Assembly: GCA_963726245.1 (NCBI GenBank) | Contig: CAVSBT010000032.1 | Location: 1 to 29,662 of the forward strand | Direction: 5' to 3' | DNA length: 29,662 nucleotides | Source of the DNA: an uncultured Chloroflexia bacterium | Lineage (GTDB): Bacteria; Chloroflexota; Dehalococcoidia; DSTF01; JALHUB01 | In this document: positions 1 to 9,930 of the stretch, in pieces | How positions within the stretch are numbered: the stretch's first letter is position 1 | Layout of the letters: every line of letters starts with the position of its first letter | Notes under the pieces: model-generated | What the model was told of the DNA's origin: nothing | The model's input: the letters and a program-made list of their open reading frames with translations, nothing else | The model's database searches: none | Translations under genes and position numbers: made by a program

Positions 1-91
1 ACGGCAGGTGTCAAGCTGGTGAAGAGCCTCCCTCCCTCTGTCTCACGTGTCTGGGAACGCAGATCGGCTGGCTGTGCACAAGGGCCCCTTC

Positions 92-100
92 TGATAGAAT
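92..100 (+). promoter_or_regulatory. Putative extended -10 promoter (TGaTAGAAT) for the PHP/GH38/GH4 cluster
   Basis: TGnTAGAAT about 87 bp upstream of ATG 187; no convincing -35 box. Confidence 0.35.
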
Positions 101-186
101 GGCGTGCTATCCCTCCCACCACCATCGGCGCCGAGGCGGCTCTCCTCGTCCAGGGAGGAAGAAGCTGGCCTCGGTCGGAGGCGCAC

Positions 187-1677
187 ATGCGACAGAGCTT
201 CTTCTTCGAGGGCCAGGTGACCAAGAAGACGGGCACCCGCAGGGACCGCGCGCGGCCGTTTGTCTATCTGCCCTTCACGGTGCCGCCGCGGACGGTGCGT
301 CTTGAGGTCAGCTATCACTTCGAGCACCCGTTGGAGGGCGACCTCGGTGCCGGCGGCGGCAACGCCCTCGACCTGGGCATCTTCGACCCGCGGGGCACCG
401 ACTTCCTGACCGGCGGCTTTCGCGGCTGGAGCGGCCGCGCCCGCTGGAATTTCTACATCACCCCCACGTCGGCCACGCCGGGCTATCTGCCCGGCCCCCT
501 GACGCCCGGCCGCTGGAACGTATGCCTGGGCGCCGCTGAGCTCGAGGACCCGTCCTGCCGTTACTGGCTGAACGTGGACCTGGACGTGCTGACGGAGGAC
601 CAGCAGCCGCAAGATGTCGAAGCATCCTTCGGGCTCCACGAGCGTCTGCCCGCCGCGCCAGACCCACAGCCGGTGTCAGGCGCTGGCGGCGGCTCTCCGG
701 GGCCAGCGGCCGCTGGTACCGCGGCGACCTCCATAGCCACACCGTCCACAGCGACGGCCTCAACACCATCACGGAGCTGGCAGCCTATGCCCGCCAGCGC
801 GGCCTCGACTTCCTGGCCATCACCGACCACAACACTTGCAGCCACCACGCCGAGATAGCCCTCCTGGGCGACGCCGGCATCTTGCTGGTGCCGGGCGAAG
901 AGGTCACCACCTATGGGGGCCACGGCAACGTCTGGGGCCTGCGTGAGTGGGTGGACTTCCGCTGCCAGGACGACGACGCCCTCCGACGTGTCATCGAATA
1001 TGCCCTGCGGGAAGGGCGCCCTCTTCTCCATCAATCATCCCAAGAACATAGGGCCGCCCTGGGAGTCTCCAGCCGTCCGGGCGCCCTGCATGGAGGTCTG
1101 GCAGGCGGTTTGGCGCTGGTACAACTGGGAGTCGCTGGACGCCTGGGAGAGGATTCTGGTCGAGGGGGAGCGCGTCATCGCCGTGGGGGGCAGCGACTGC
1201 CACTCCGTCCCGCCGGCGCGCCCCTCGCACCCCCACGGCCCCGGTGAGCCGACTACCTGGGTCTACGTGCCGGGGCCTCTGAGCGAGGAAGCGCTTCTAG
1301 AAGCCATCCGACAGGGGCACGTGTTCATCTCCGAGGACCCGGGGGGACCCTTCCTCACCCTCTGGGCCGACGTCGACGGCGACGGCCGATTCGAGCACAT
1401 GATGGGCGATACCCTGGAGGTGCCCGAGGGATCGCGGGTGACCATCCGCGTCCAGTACCGCGGCCTCGCCGGCAAGAAGCTCCGCCTTCTGCGAGGGCGC
1501 GACGTTATAGAAGAGACAGTCGTCGAAACGGAGGAAGTGACGCGGGACCTGCCTCTGGTCGTCTCGGAGCCGGGGTACCTGCGGGCCGAGGTCAAGGGCT
1601 TCCGCGGCCGCCCGGAGCGAGGCGAGGTGGTCCACGCCATGACCAACCCGCTCTACCTGCGGCCCCGCTCGGCCTGA
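187..1677 (+). CDS. CehA/McbA-family PHP-domain metallohydrolase (split by ~2 frameshifts near 650 and 1010)
   Basis: GGAGG RBS before ATG 187. Stitched frames give the PHP motifs WYRGDLHSHTVHSDG, GLDFLAITDHNT, PGEEVTT.GGHGN, INHPK and GGSDCH, ending in AMTNPLYL. Confidence 0.8.
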
Positions 1678-1749
1678 GGCCGTCCCGGTTCTCCGTTCAT
1701 TGGTTTGTGGTTGCAGATGCCCTCTCAGGGCTAGAAAGGGTCTGAACTC

Positions 1750-4437
1750 ATGAGCGCACCTCCCCCTTGGAAGCTCATCGTCGTCTCCCACACGCACTGG
1801 GACCGCGAGTGGTACTTCCCCTTCGAGGTCTTCCGGACGCGGCTGGTGGGCATGTGGACCAGCTCCTGGACCTCCTGGACAGGGACCCCGGCTACCGCTG
1901 CTTCATGCTCGATGGCCAGACCATCGTCCTGGACGACTACCTGAAGGTGCGCCCGGACCGCCGCGCCGACATCGAGCGGCTGGTGCGGGCAGGCCGCCTC
2001 CAGGTGGGGCCCTGGTACATCCAGCCGGACGAGTTCCTGGTGGGCGGCGAGTCGCTGGTGCGCAACCTGATGTGGGGCCTGCGGACCGCCCGTCAGTTCG
2101 GCGAGCCGATGATGGTGGGCTACCTGCCGGACTGCTTCGGCCAGATCGCCCACATGCCGGCCCTCCTGCGCGGCTTCGGCATCGAGAACGCCGTCATCTG
2201 GCGGGGCGCCGACGAGAGTCTGGCCAAGACGGAGTTCTTCTGGCGCGCCCCCGACGGCAGCGAGGTGCTGACCGTCCACCTGCCCGATGGCTACGGCATC
2301 GCCAACGCCCTGCCGGCCGAGCGGGAGGCCCTGCTGGAGGCCATCCGCCGCATACGCGAGACCCTGGAGCCTCGCGCCACCACCCCCTACCTCCTTCTGA
2401 TGAACGGAACCGACCACACGCCGGCCCAGCTCGAGCTCGCCGGCATCATCGCCACCGCCAACGAGGCCCTGAGCGATGCCGAGCTGGTGCACGGGCACCT
2501 GCCGATGCTGTTCGCAGGCATCCGGGAGGCCATGGGAGAGCAGTCCGGGGCCTGGCCCCGCTACCAGGGCGAGTTCCGCAGCGGCCAGCGCGCCCACGTG
2601 CTGCCGGGGACGCTCTCGGCGCGCATGTGGATCAAGCAGCGCAACCAGGAGTGCGAAGACCTGCTGGCCCGCTGGGCGGAGCCCCTTTCCCTGTGGTCGG
2701 CCCTGCTTCGGAAGCGCCTGGGCGAGGGGTGGCGGGAGCCGGCGCTGCCGCCGGGGCCGCCCAGCCCCTATCCCTCGCAGCCGGCCTCCGTGGCGGCCCT
2801 CCTGGACGCCGCCTGGGGCGAGCTGCTCCGCAACCAGCCCCACGATTCCATCTGCGGCTGCAGCATCGACCAGGTGCATGACGAGATGCGCGTGCGCTTC
2901 GACCGCTGCTGGCAGATCGGGGAGGAGCTGACGCGGCAGGCCATGCGCCGCCTCTGCGCCCAGATGCCCTCCGGCGACGGCCTGGGCGTGGCCGTCTTCA
3001 ACCCGTTGAACGGCCCCCGCACCGATTTCGTCACCGTGGAGCTGCCAAGGCGCGAGGGCGAGGAGCCGCTGGAGGTGGTGGACCCGTCGGGGCGGGCCAT
3101 CCCCTGCCAGGTGCTGGCGCGGGACGGCAGGGTGTCGCCCCTGGGGCCGGTGGAGCAGGTGGTGTCGGCGCTTTTTCACATCCAGGTCGGCTTTGTGGCG
3201 CCCGACGTGCCCGGCTTCGGCTACCGGACCTTTCGCGTCGTGTACGGCCCTCCCCGCCCGGCGGCCGCCGGAGGGGGCACCAGTATCGAGAACGAGTTCT
3301 TCCAGGTGACGGCCGACCCCGAAGACGGCACGCTCACCGTTCTCGACAAGGTCAGCGGTCGCCGCCTCTCCGGCCTCAACCGCTTCGTTGACGGCGGCGA
3401 CCGGGGTGACGAGTACAACTACTGCCGGCCTGGCCCGCGATGAGGTGGTGGACCGCCCCTCCCGCCCACCGCGCATCGCCGTGGTGGAGGGCGGCCCTTC
3501 TCGCTGGACGCTGGAGGTGGCAGCTCGACTACAGCCTGCCGCGCGCCCTGGCCGAGGACCGCGACGAGCGCTCGCGGGAGCGAGTGGAGTGTCCCATCCT
3601 GAGCAGGGTCAGCCTCTACCCCGGCCTGCGGCGCATCGATATCCACACGGAGGTGGACAACCGCGCCGGTGACCATCGCCTCCGCGTCCACTTCCCGGCC
3701 GGCCTCCAGACTGACGTCTCCCACGCCGAGCAGCACTTCGGCGTGATCACGCGTCCAATGGCCCTGCCCGCCTGGGACGAAACGTGGGCCGAGGAGCCGA
3801 TGGGCACCTACGCCCAGAAGTCCTTCGTGGACGTGTCCGACGGCGAGCACGGCCTGATGCTCGCCAACCGCGGCCTCCCGGAGTACGAGGTGCTGCCCGG
3901 CGAGAGAACAACTGTCACCATCGCGCCTCACTTTGCTGCGCTGCGTGGGACTACCTGGCCCGCTTCGACCTGACGTCGCGTCCCAGCATCTGGCGGGCCC
4001 GCTTGTCCCCACGCCGGGCGCCCAGATGCTCGGCCGGCACGCGTTCGACTACGCGCTCATCCCCCATGAGGGCGACTGGGAGCAGGCCTGGCCGGAGGCG
4101 CACCGGTTCGCCGTGCCGATGCGGGCGCGCCGGGTGGAGGACGGCTCCGGCGCCCTGCCGGCGGAAGGGGCCCTCCTGGCCCTCGAGGGCCCGGCCTTCG
4201 TCGTCTCCGCCCTCAAGCGGGCCGAGGACGGCAGAGGGCGCCGTCGTCCGGCTGTACAACATCAGCTCCAGGCCCGCCTCGGGCCGCGTGCGGTTGGCGG
4301 AGCCCTTCCAGGGCGCCGAGTTCGTCAACATGGAGGAGGCCTTCCTGGCGGAGGCGCCCCTGGAGGACGGCTGGGTGCGGCTGGAGGCCCAGCCCAACCA
4401 GGTCCTCAACCTTCGCTTCCGGACCGGAGGGCTATGA
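1750..4437 (+). CDS. Glycoside hydrolase family 38 alpha-mannosidase (MngB/mannosylglycerate hydrolase-like), several frameshifts
   Basis: N-terminal VSHTHWDREWY, then FMLDGQT, GPWYIQPDEFL, GYLPDCFG, NGTDH, NQPHDSICGCSIDQVH, DGGDRGDEYNY, DHRLRVHFP and ANRGLPEYE across ORFs 1750, 1767, 3440, 3933 and 3784. Confidence 0.9.
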
Positions 4438-4480
4438 AGCTGGTCGCCGGTAGGAGACTGTCATGGGGGACCATCGTCAC

Positions 4481-5785
4481 ATGAGCCAGCCCGCGAGCCC
4501 CAAGCTGGTGGTGGTCGGCGCCGGCAGCGTCATCTTCGGCGTCGACCTCCTGAGCGACCTCTTCCAGACGCCGGAGCTCCGGGGCTGCCGGCTCGGCCTG
4601 GTGGACGTGGACGCCGCCAAGCTGGAGCGCATGGCGGGGCTGGCGGCCCGCCTCAACGAGGCCTCCGGCTGGGGCGTCTCCCTGGAGGCGTCCACCGACC
4701 GGACGGCGGTCCTGGACGGCGCCGACTTCGTGGTGACGGCGGTAGAGGTGCGCCGGGACGACCTCTGGAAGCTGGACCACGAGCTCTGCCTGAAGCACGG
4801 CTTCCCCTCCGTCCTCAGCGAGAACGCCGGGCCCGGTGGCCTCTCCCACGCCCTCCGCTCCGTTCCCCTGGTCATCGACATCTGCCGGGACATGGAGCGC
4901 CTCTGCCCGGCGGCCCTTCTCATCAACTACACCAACCCGGAGGGGCGCGTCTGCCTGGCCGTCCGGCGCCACACAGGGGTGCGGGCCGTGGGCCTCTGCC
5001 ACGGCGTGGCCGGGACCGTCCTCTGGGCGGCGTTTCTCCTGGAGCGTCGACTGGAGGACATCGAACTCCTGGCCGCCGGCGTGAACCACTTCACCTGGGT
5101 CACCAGCCTGCGCGACCGGCGCTCCGGCGAGGACCTCTACCCGGAGTTCCGGCGCCGGCTGGGGCAGCAGCCGCCCGAGGTGCAACCTCTGTCGCGGCTG
5201 CTTTTCGAGCGCTTCGGCCTTTTCCCGACCACGGGGGACGACCACGTGGGCGAGTTCATCGGCTGGGCGGCCGAGGTGATAGGCACGAAGGGCTTCGACT
5301 TCGCAGGCCAGGAGGCGGAGCGCACGCATCTGGGTCGCCAGCTCGAGGTCTGGAACGCGGGCGCGGAGACCGTGGGCTCGTTGCTCAGCCAGCCGTCTCG
5401 CGAGAGGGCGCTGGGCATCTCTGCCGCCGGGCTGGCGGCCGACGTCGTCGCTGGGCGGTCGGCGCGCAAGCACTCCCTCATCCTCCCCAACGACGGCTAC
5501 ATCGACAACGTTGACGCCGGCGCTGTGGTCGAGGTGCCGGGGGTTGTCGAGAAGGGGAAGGTGGGCGGCCTCCCGGTGGGGCCCCTGCCGGGACCTATCG
5601 CCTCCATGGCGGCCCGCGAGGTGGAGATCCAGGAGCTGGTCGTGGACGCCGCCGTCTCCGGCTCCCGGGAGCTCGCTCTCCAGGCCCTCCTTATCGACCC
5701 CGTGGTGCACAGCGCCCGCGCCGCCGAGGCGTTCCTGGACGAGGTGCTTTTCGTGCACCGCCCATACCTACCTTCGTTCGCGTAG
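4481..5785 (+). CDS. NAD+-dependent glycoside hydrolase family 4 (alpha-galactosidase/alpha-glucosidase type)
   Basis: VVVGAGS Rossmann motif, LDGADFV, ENAGPGG, INYTNP, GLCHG, AGVNHFTW, ALLIDP. Confidence 0.9.
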   Translation: MSQPASPKLVVVGAGSVIFGVDLLSDLFQTPELRGCRLGLVDVDAAKLERMAGLAARLNEASGWGVSLEASTDRTAVLDGADFVVTAVEVRRDDLWKLDHELCLKHGFPSVLSENAGPGGLSHALRSVPLVIDICRDMERLCPAALLINYTNPEGRVCLAVRRHTGVRAVGLCHGVAGTVLWAAFLLERRLEDIELLAAGVNHFTWVTSLRDRRSGEDLYPEFRRRLGQQPPEVQPLSRLLFERFGLFPTTGDDHVGEFIGWAAEVIGTKGFDFAGQEAERTHLGRQLEVWNAGAETVGSLLSQPSRERALGISAAGLAADVVAGRSARKHSLILPNDGYIDNVDAGAVVEVPGVVEKGKVGGLPVGPLPGPIASMAAREVEIQELVVDAAVSGSRELALQALLIDPVVHSARAAEAFLDEVLFVHRPYLPSFA

Positions 5786-5809
5786 TTCCTTCCTACCTCC
5801 TCTCCTGCC

Positions 5810-5838
5810 TTGCCACGGGGTCGTGCCAGGGCTAGTAT
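5810..5838 (+). promoter_or_regulatory. Putative sigma70 promoter TTGCCA-N17-TAGTAT
   Basis: Near-consensus boxes with 17-bp spacing upstream of the enoyl-CoA hydratase gene. Confidence 0.45.
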
Positions 5839-5881
5839 GATTGCCCAGTACCCGCGCGGGTCCCGCCAGAGGGAGGTGTCC

Positions 5882-6643
5882 TTGCCCGAAGAGGTCGTTA
5901 TCTGCGAGAAGAAAGGGCCCGTCGCCGTTCTCAGGCTCAACCGGCCCGACAAGCACAACGCCATCAACCGCCGGCTTTCTTCGGCCCTGGTGGCCCGCCT
6001 GGACGCCCTGGCCGACGACGACGGGGTGCGCGTGGTCGTTATCACCGGGGTGGGCGAGAAGGCCTTCTGCGCCGGCGCCGACATGACGGAGGCTCTGGGC
6101 GCCTCACGGGGTGAGGGCCGCGGCGACGGCACCGTCGACGTCATCATGCGGCTGGTGCGCTTCCCGAAGCCGGTCATCGCCGCCGTCAACGGCTTCGCCT
6201 ACGGCGGCGGCGCCCTGCTGGCCATCACCTGCGACCTGCGGGTGGCGGCCCACACGGCCCGCTTTCGCTTCCCCGGCGCTACCTACGGCCTGGTGGTCGG
6301 GGGCAGCCAGTTGCCCCGCATCGTCGGCCTGTCGCGGGCCAAGGACCTCATCTTCACGGCGCGCGTGGTGGACGCCGACGAGGCCCTGCGCATCGGGCTG
6401 GTGGACCGGCTGGTCGTCCAGGCCGACCTGGAGGAGGCCGCGCTGGAGCTGGCCGGCCAAATCGCCGAGAACTCGCCGGAGGCGGTGCGCGCCTCGAAGG
6501 AGGTCATCGACGCCGTGCTGCCCCTGGAGCCGGCGGCGCGCCGGGAGCTGGAGGCGAACTTGACGCTGCGGGCGTCCGAGGAGCACCGGCGCCGCTTCCG
6601 GGACGCCGCGGAGCGCATGGCCGGGAGTCGAATGATCTCGTAG
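5882..6643 (+). CDS. Enoyl-CoA hydratase/isomerase (crotonase) family protein
   Basis: GGAGG RBS before TTG 5882; LRLNRPDKHNAI, AFCAGADM, PKPVIAAVNGFAYGGG, ALRIGLVDR. Confidence 0.9.
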   Translation: MPEEVVICEKKGPVAVLRLNRPDKHNAINRRLSSALVARLDALADDDGVRVVVITGVGEKAFCAGADMTEALGASRGEGRGDGTVDVIMRLVRFPKPVIAAVNGFAYGGGALLAITCDLRVAAHTARFRFPGATYGLVVGGSQLPRIVGLSRAKDLIFTARVVDADEALRIGLVDRLVVQADLEEAALELAGQIAENSPEAVRASKEVIDAVLPLEPAARRELEANLTLRASEEHRRRFRDAAERMAGSRMIS

Positions 6644-6692
6644 GGGCCGAGCTTCAGCTCGGCCCAGGACAGAGCTGAAGCTCTGTCCCCAC
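6640..6692. repeat. REP-like doublet: GTAG-GGGCCGAGC(TTCA)GCTCGGCCC and an inverted GTGG-GGACAGAGC(TTCA)GCTCTGTCC
   Basis: Two perfect 9-bp hairpins in inverted orientation, each preceded by GT(A/G)G. Confidence 0.7.
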
Positions 6693-6745
6693 GGGTAGCC
6701 TACGGAGCGCGTCGCGGGGAGTCAGTCGCAAGAGTGAGGAAGCGC

Positions 6746-6800
6746 GTAGCTGCAGACCTTCAGGTCTGCCCCGGGGGCAGGGCTAAAGCCCTGCAGCTAC
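6746..6800. repeat. REP-like doublet: GTAG-CT-GCAGACC(TTCA)GGTCTGC ... GCAGGGC(TAAA)GCCCTGC-AG-CTAC
   Basis: Inverted pair of 7-bp hairpins bounded by GTAGCTGCAG / CTGCAGCTAC. Confidence 0.7.
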
Positions 6801-6829
6801 GGGGGACACTGGCAAGGGGGAATGAACCC

Positions 6830-7356
6830 ATGGTGACCGAAGACGCCCGTCAGCGACTCGTCTCCTACCTGGGGCACCAGGCATCGAAGGACGTGCCGGC
6901 GCTGGTCGAGCTCATCGAGGAGCAGCGGGCGCGGCTGCTGGCCCTCCTCGACGGGGTGAGCGAGGAGCAGGCCGCCTTCCGTCCGGCGCCCGACAGTGGT
7001 CCATCGCCGACGTGCTGCGCCACGTCATCGCGGCCGAGGAGGGCGTGGCGCGCATCGTCGAGTCGCTGGCCCGCGGCGCCGTCCCGGATGGCCAGCGCGC
7101 GCTGGGGAGCCAGATAGCCGACGAGGGGCAGCCGCTGGCGGCCCTGATCGAGCGGCTGCGCGCCGCCCGCGCCGACCTGCTGGCGCGGGTCCGGGGCTGG
7201 CCGGCCTCGCCCGACCTGGCGGCAACCTTCGAGCACCCCTTCTTTGGGCCCCTCAACTGCAAGGGCTGGCTGGCCTTCCAGCGCCTCCACGACGCCGACC
7301 ACATCGGCCAGCTCGAGCAGATCAAGGCGGCGGAAGGGTGGCCGGGGCCGGCGTAA
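6830..7356 (+). CDS. DinB-family protein (frameshift near 6996)
   Basis: LLDGVSEEQAAFRPAP followed by WSIADVLRHV in the next frame, then EHPFFGPLN and LHDADHIGQL (His triad). Confidence 0.8.
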
Positions 7357-7484
7357 CAGGCTGCTAGGGAGAACCGCGAGTCCCAAGATCGGCTCGATAG
7401 GGTGGAGGCGCACGTCGCAAGCCGCCCGCGCGCTGGGCGCAGCGATCGGAGAGGGCTAGCCCGAGGGAGACTCGTTCACTCTGG

Positions 7485-7988
7485 CTATGGCAGGACTGGC
7501 TGAATCAGTTCTGACCGAGTGAGCTTCTCTTTGTTATAGAGAGATGTCGCTGTCTGGCCTGATTTGCTCGCGACGAATTCGAGCTGCTGAAGCGGCGTGA
7601 TGTGACTAGTGCGTCCCGGGGCTCGGAGAATCCAAAGTTGCCCCAAGCGACGCACGGTCTGTCTAGCGACATGCCCCAAGTGTATCAACAGAAGCCCGGT
7701 GGCCAGTATCGGATCGTGGCCAACGCGCTCCAAGACAACGAGGGTGAGCCTCGTTTGACGAAGAACGGCTAGTTCCTTCGGAAGCGATGCCATGGCGCTG
7801 TCAAGCGTGATGAAGCCGTCGAAGTCTCCTAGCTGGTGTAGCGCTAGAAGGATTTGCCAATCCTGGCAGTCCCTGGTTAGCCTCTCATCCACTTGCTTGA
7901 GGGGTACGAGCTTTGCCTCACGTATGTATCCCAGCGCCTCGACGACGGGCTGAGGAAAGTTGTGGTCGAGGGCGAACCTTGGAGGCAC
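7485..7988 (-). CDS. PIN-like domain putative toxin (DUF5615/VapC45-like)
   Basis: N-terminal RFALDHNFP, central DWQIL and FITLD acidic motifs; lies directly downstream of the DUF433 gene. Confidence 0.65.
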   Translation of the reverse strand: MPPRFALDHNFPQPVVEALGYIREAKLVPLKQVDERLTRDCQDWQILLALHQLGDFDGFITLDSAMASLPKELAVLRQTRLTLVVLERVGHDPILATGLLLIHLGHVARQTVRRLGQLWILRAPGRTSHITPLQQLEFVASKSGQTATSLYNKEKLTRSELIQPVLP

Positions 7989-8001
7989 TCTGGCGGCAAT
8001 C

Positions 8002-8685
8002 CTAGGCAGCTGCGCTCAAGTTCCTCTGTAGCTGCCGCTCTAGATCCAGTGAGTCCTCGACGCTTGGGGAGTCCAGAAATGGATACAACTGCAGGATGTT
8101 GGGGACCGTATAGCCATGCTGTGCGAGTGCATCTATGGCAAGCGTCTCCACGCGCGTATCCCGAACGTGTGGCTCACCGCCCAGCTTCCCGGGGATAATG
8201 CGGACACGAGGCCGGGGTTGCAGCAGGTGTGGCCCCAGCAGGCTGCCGCCCGGCTGGTATTCGCAGAGAAGGTCTATGACAGTCCCGGGAGACACGAATT
8301 GAGCAACCCCGCCCCGAAGCGGATAGAGCAGCTTGTCCTCTATCCCCAGATGCGGACGCCCTCTAGTGTCTACCCGCAGGACTACGCTGCGATCGGCAAG
8401 GTCGTCTCCCAGGCGATCGCCGAGGGCCTGTAGCGTCTCCAACATCCCGCGGACTTGCGACATCGTGGTCCTCTCTAGGGCTATGTTGAGCTTTCCCTGG
8501 CGCAGCCAGTAGATTGCCCGCAGCGCCAGAAGATCTGGCCATGACCACAGAATCACCCTCGTACGCGAAATGCTGGGCTCGTAGACCCTCTGCCTGGCCC
8601 AGTAATACACAGTCGACACTGGCACGCCAGCGAGGGCAGCCGCGCGGCCAGTTGAGTAAGCTCCCCTCAGGCGAAAATCAAGCAT
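8002..8685 (-). CDS. HTH + DUF433 putative antitoxin (VapB45-like)
   Basis: N-terminal MerR-like HTH (YSTGRAAALAGVPVSTVYYWAR); C-terminal DUF433 signature IIPGKLGGEPHVRDTRV...GYTVPNILQLYPFL. Confidence 0.8.
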   Translation of the reverse strand: MLDFRLRGAYSTGRAAALAGVPVSTVYYWARQRVYEPSISRTRVILWSWPDLLALRAIYWLRQGKLNIALERTTMSQVRGMLETLQALGDRLGDDLADRSVVLRVDTRGRPHLGIEDKLLYPLRGGVAQFVSPGTVIDLLCEYQPGGSLLGPHLLQPRPRVRIIPGKLGGEPHVRDTRVETLAIDALAQHGYTVPNILQLYPFLDSPSVEDSLDLERQLQRNLSAAA

Positions 8686-8861
8686 GCTTGCGCTCCGAAG
8701 GCCCTCAGACTACATTGCGGCGACGAAGCAAGGATACCATACCTTCAAGTCCCATGACGAGCGGTTAGCAGAGATTGCCGTTTCTCGACCCTTCTGCACG
8801 CGGCAACCTGGTGAGGTCGTCACCTAAGACTACGCTTGCACAAACAGGGCGTCCCGCCCCT

Positions 8862-9653
8862 TCACGCCATCTCGCTGCCGCCGGTGACGTTCAGGGCCTC
8901 GCCGGTGATGTTCTCCGCCCGGCAGAGGAAGACCACCGCCTCGCCGATGTCCTCCGGCGTCTGGGGCCGGCCCAGGGGCACCCGCGTCGCGATCCACTCC
9001 TGCCACGCCTCCTCCGGCGTCTTGCCGGTGAGAGCGCCTATGGCTGGGGCTAGGACGTCGCGGAACATGGCGGTGTCCACCTCGCCCGGGCAGACGGCGT
9101 TGACGGTGACGTTGGAAGGCCCCATCTCATAGGCCAGCGACTGAGTAAAGCCGATAACGCCGAACTTGGAGGCGCAGTAGTGGGCGTTGCCCGGGTAGCC
9201 TCGCTTGCCGGCCTGTGACGACAGGTTGACGATGCGCCCCGAGCGGCGCTCCATCATGTGGGGCGCCACCGCCTTGCTGCACAGGAAGGTGCCCTTCAGG
9301 TTCACGCCCAGCACGCGGTCCCACTCCGACTCCTCCATGGTGGCCACGGCCGCCACGGAGGTGACGCCGGCGTTGTTGACCAGGATGTCGACGTGCCCGA
9401 AGCGGTCGATGGCGGCCTTCACCATGCCCTGCACCTGCTCCCAGTCGCGCACGTCCGCGTTCACGGTCAGCGCCTCGACGCCGTGGGCCCTCACCTGCCG
9501 GGCCGTCTCCTCCATCTCCCGCGCGATGTCCTGGTTCTGCCCCAGGTCGGCGATGACCACGTGCACGCCCTCCCTCGCCAGGCAGACGGCGATGCCGCGG
9601 CCTATGCCGCGGGCCGCCCCCGTGACGATGGCTACAGTACCCTTCAGTTCCAC
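8862..9653 (-). CDS. Short-chain dehydrogenase/reductase (SDR), acetoin/polyol dehydrogenase-like
   Basis: TGAARGIG, NNAG, SS, YCASK catalytic motif, VCPG; GGAGG RBS upstream of the GTG start. Confidence 0.9.
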   Translation of the reverse strand: MELKGTVAIVTGAARGIGRGIAVCLAREGVHVVIADLGQNQDIAREMEETARQVRAHGVEALTVNADVRDWEQVQGMVKAAIDRFGHVDILVNNAGVTSVAAVATMEESEWDRVLGVNLKGTFLCSKAVAPHMMERRSGRIVNLSSQAGKRGYPGNAHYCASKFGVIGFTQSLAYEMGPSNVTVNAVCPGEVDTAMFRDVLAPAIGALTGKTPEEAWQEWIATRVPLGRPQTPEDIGEAVVFLCRAENITGEALNVTGGSEMA

Positions 9654-9730
9654 CAGCAGCCCTCCTCTTCCTTGCTTGTCCTACGGTCCCGATTAGCCAC
9701 AGTTTGTCACAGATTCCAGTGCTTCGTGTC

Positions 9731-9827
9731 TGTCATGCTGAATCCGCCAGAGGCGGATGAAGCATCCGTCGCACGACGCCTGCCATCACGGATTCTTCGC
9801 CCGCCCTTGGGCGGACTCAGAATGACA
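9731..9827. repeat. 97-bp nested palindromic (MITE-like) element with TGTCAT...ATGACA ends
   Basis: Left arm TGTCATGCTGAATCCGCCAGAGGCGGATGAAGCATCCGT matches the reverse complement of the right arm (TGTCATTCTGAGTCCGCCCAAGGGCGGGCGAAGAATCCGT); each arm has an internal hairpin. Confidence 0.7.
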
Positions 9828-9930
9828 TTTGGATTTCGGAAATCATAGGGCAGGGCCAGGGCGCGGGCAAGCGCAGAGCGGTCCCCGCAGCCTGGGTCCG
9901 GGGGCCGGTCGATGCTGCTCGGCGCGTCGC

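Noticed and set aside
1731-3476. 581-aa minus-strand ORF (also 4406..5758 minus and 9829..11601 plus)
   Set aside because: Antisense shadows of clear high-GC genes (GH38, GH4, malic enzyme); they have no motifs of their own.
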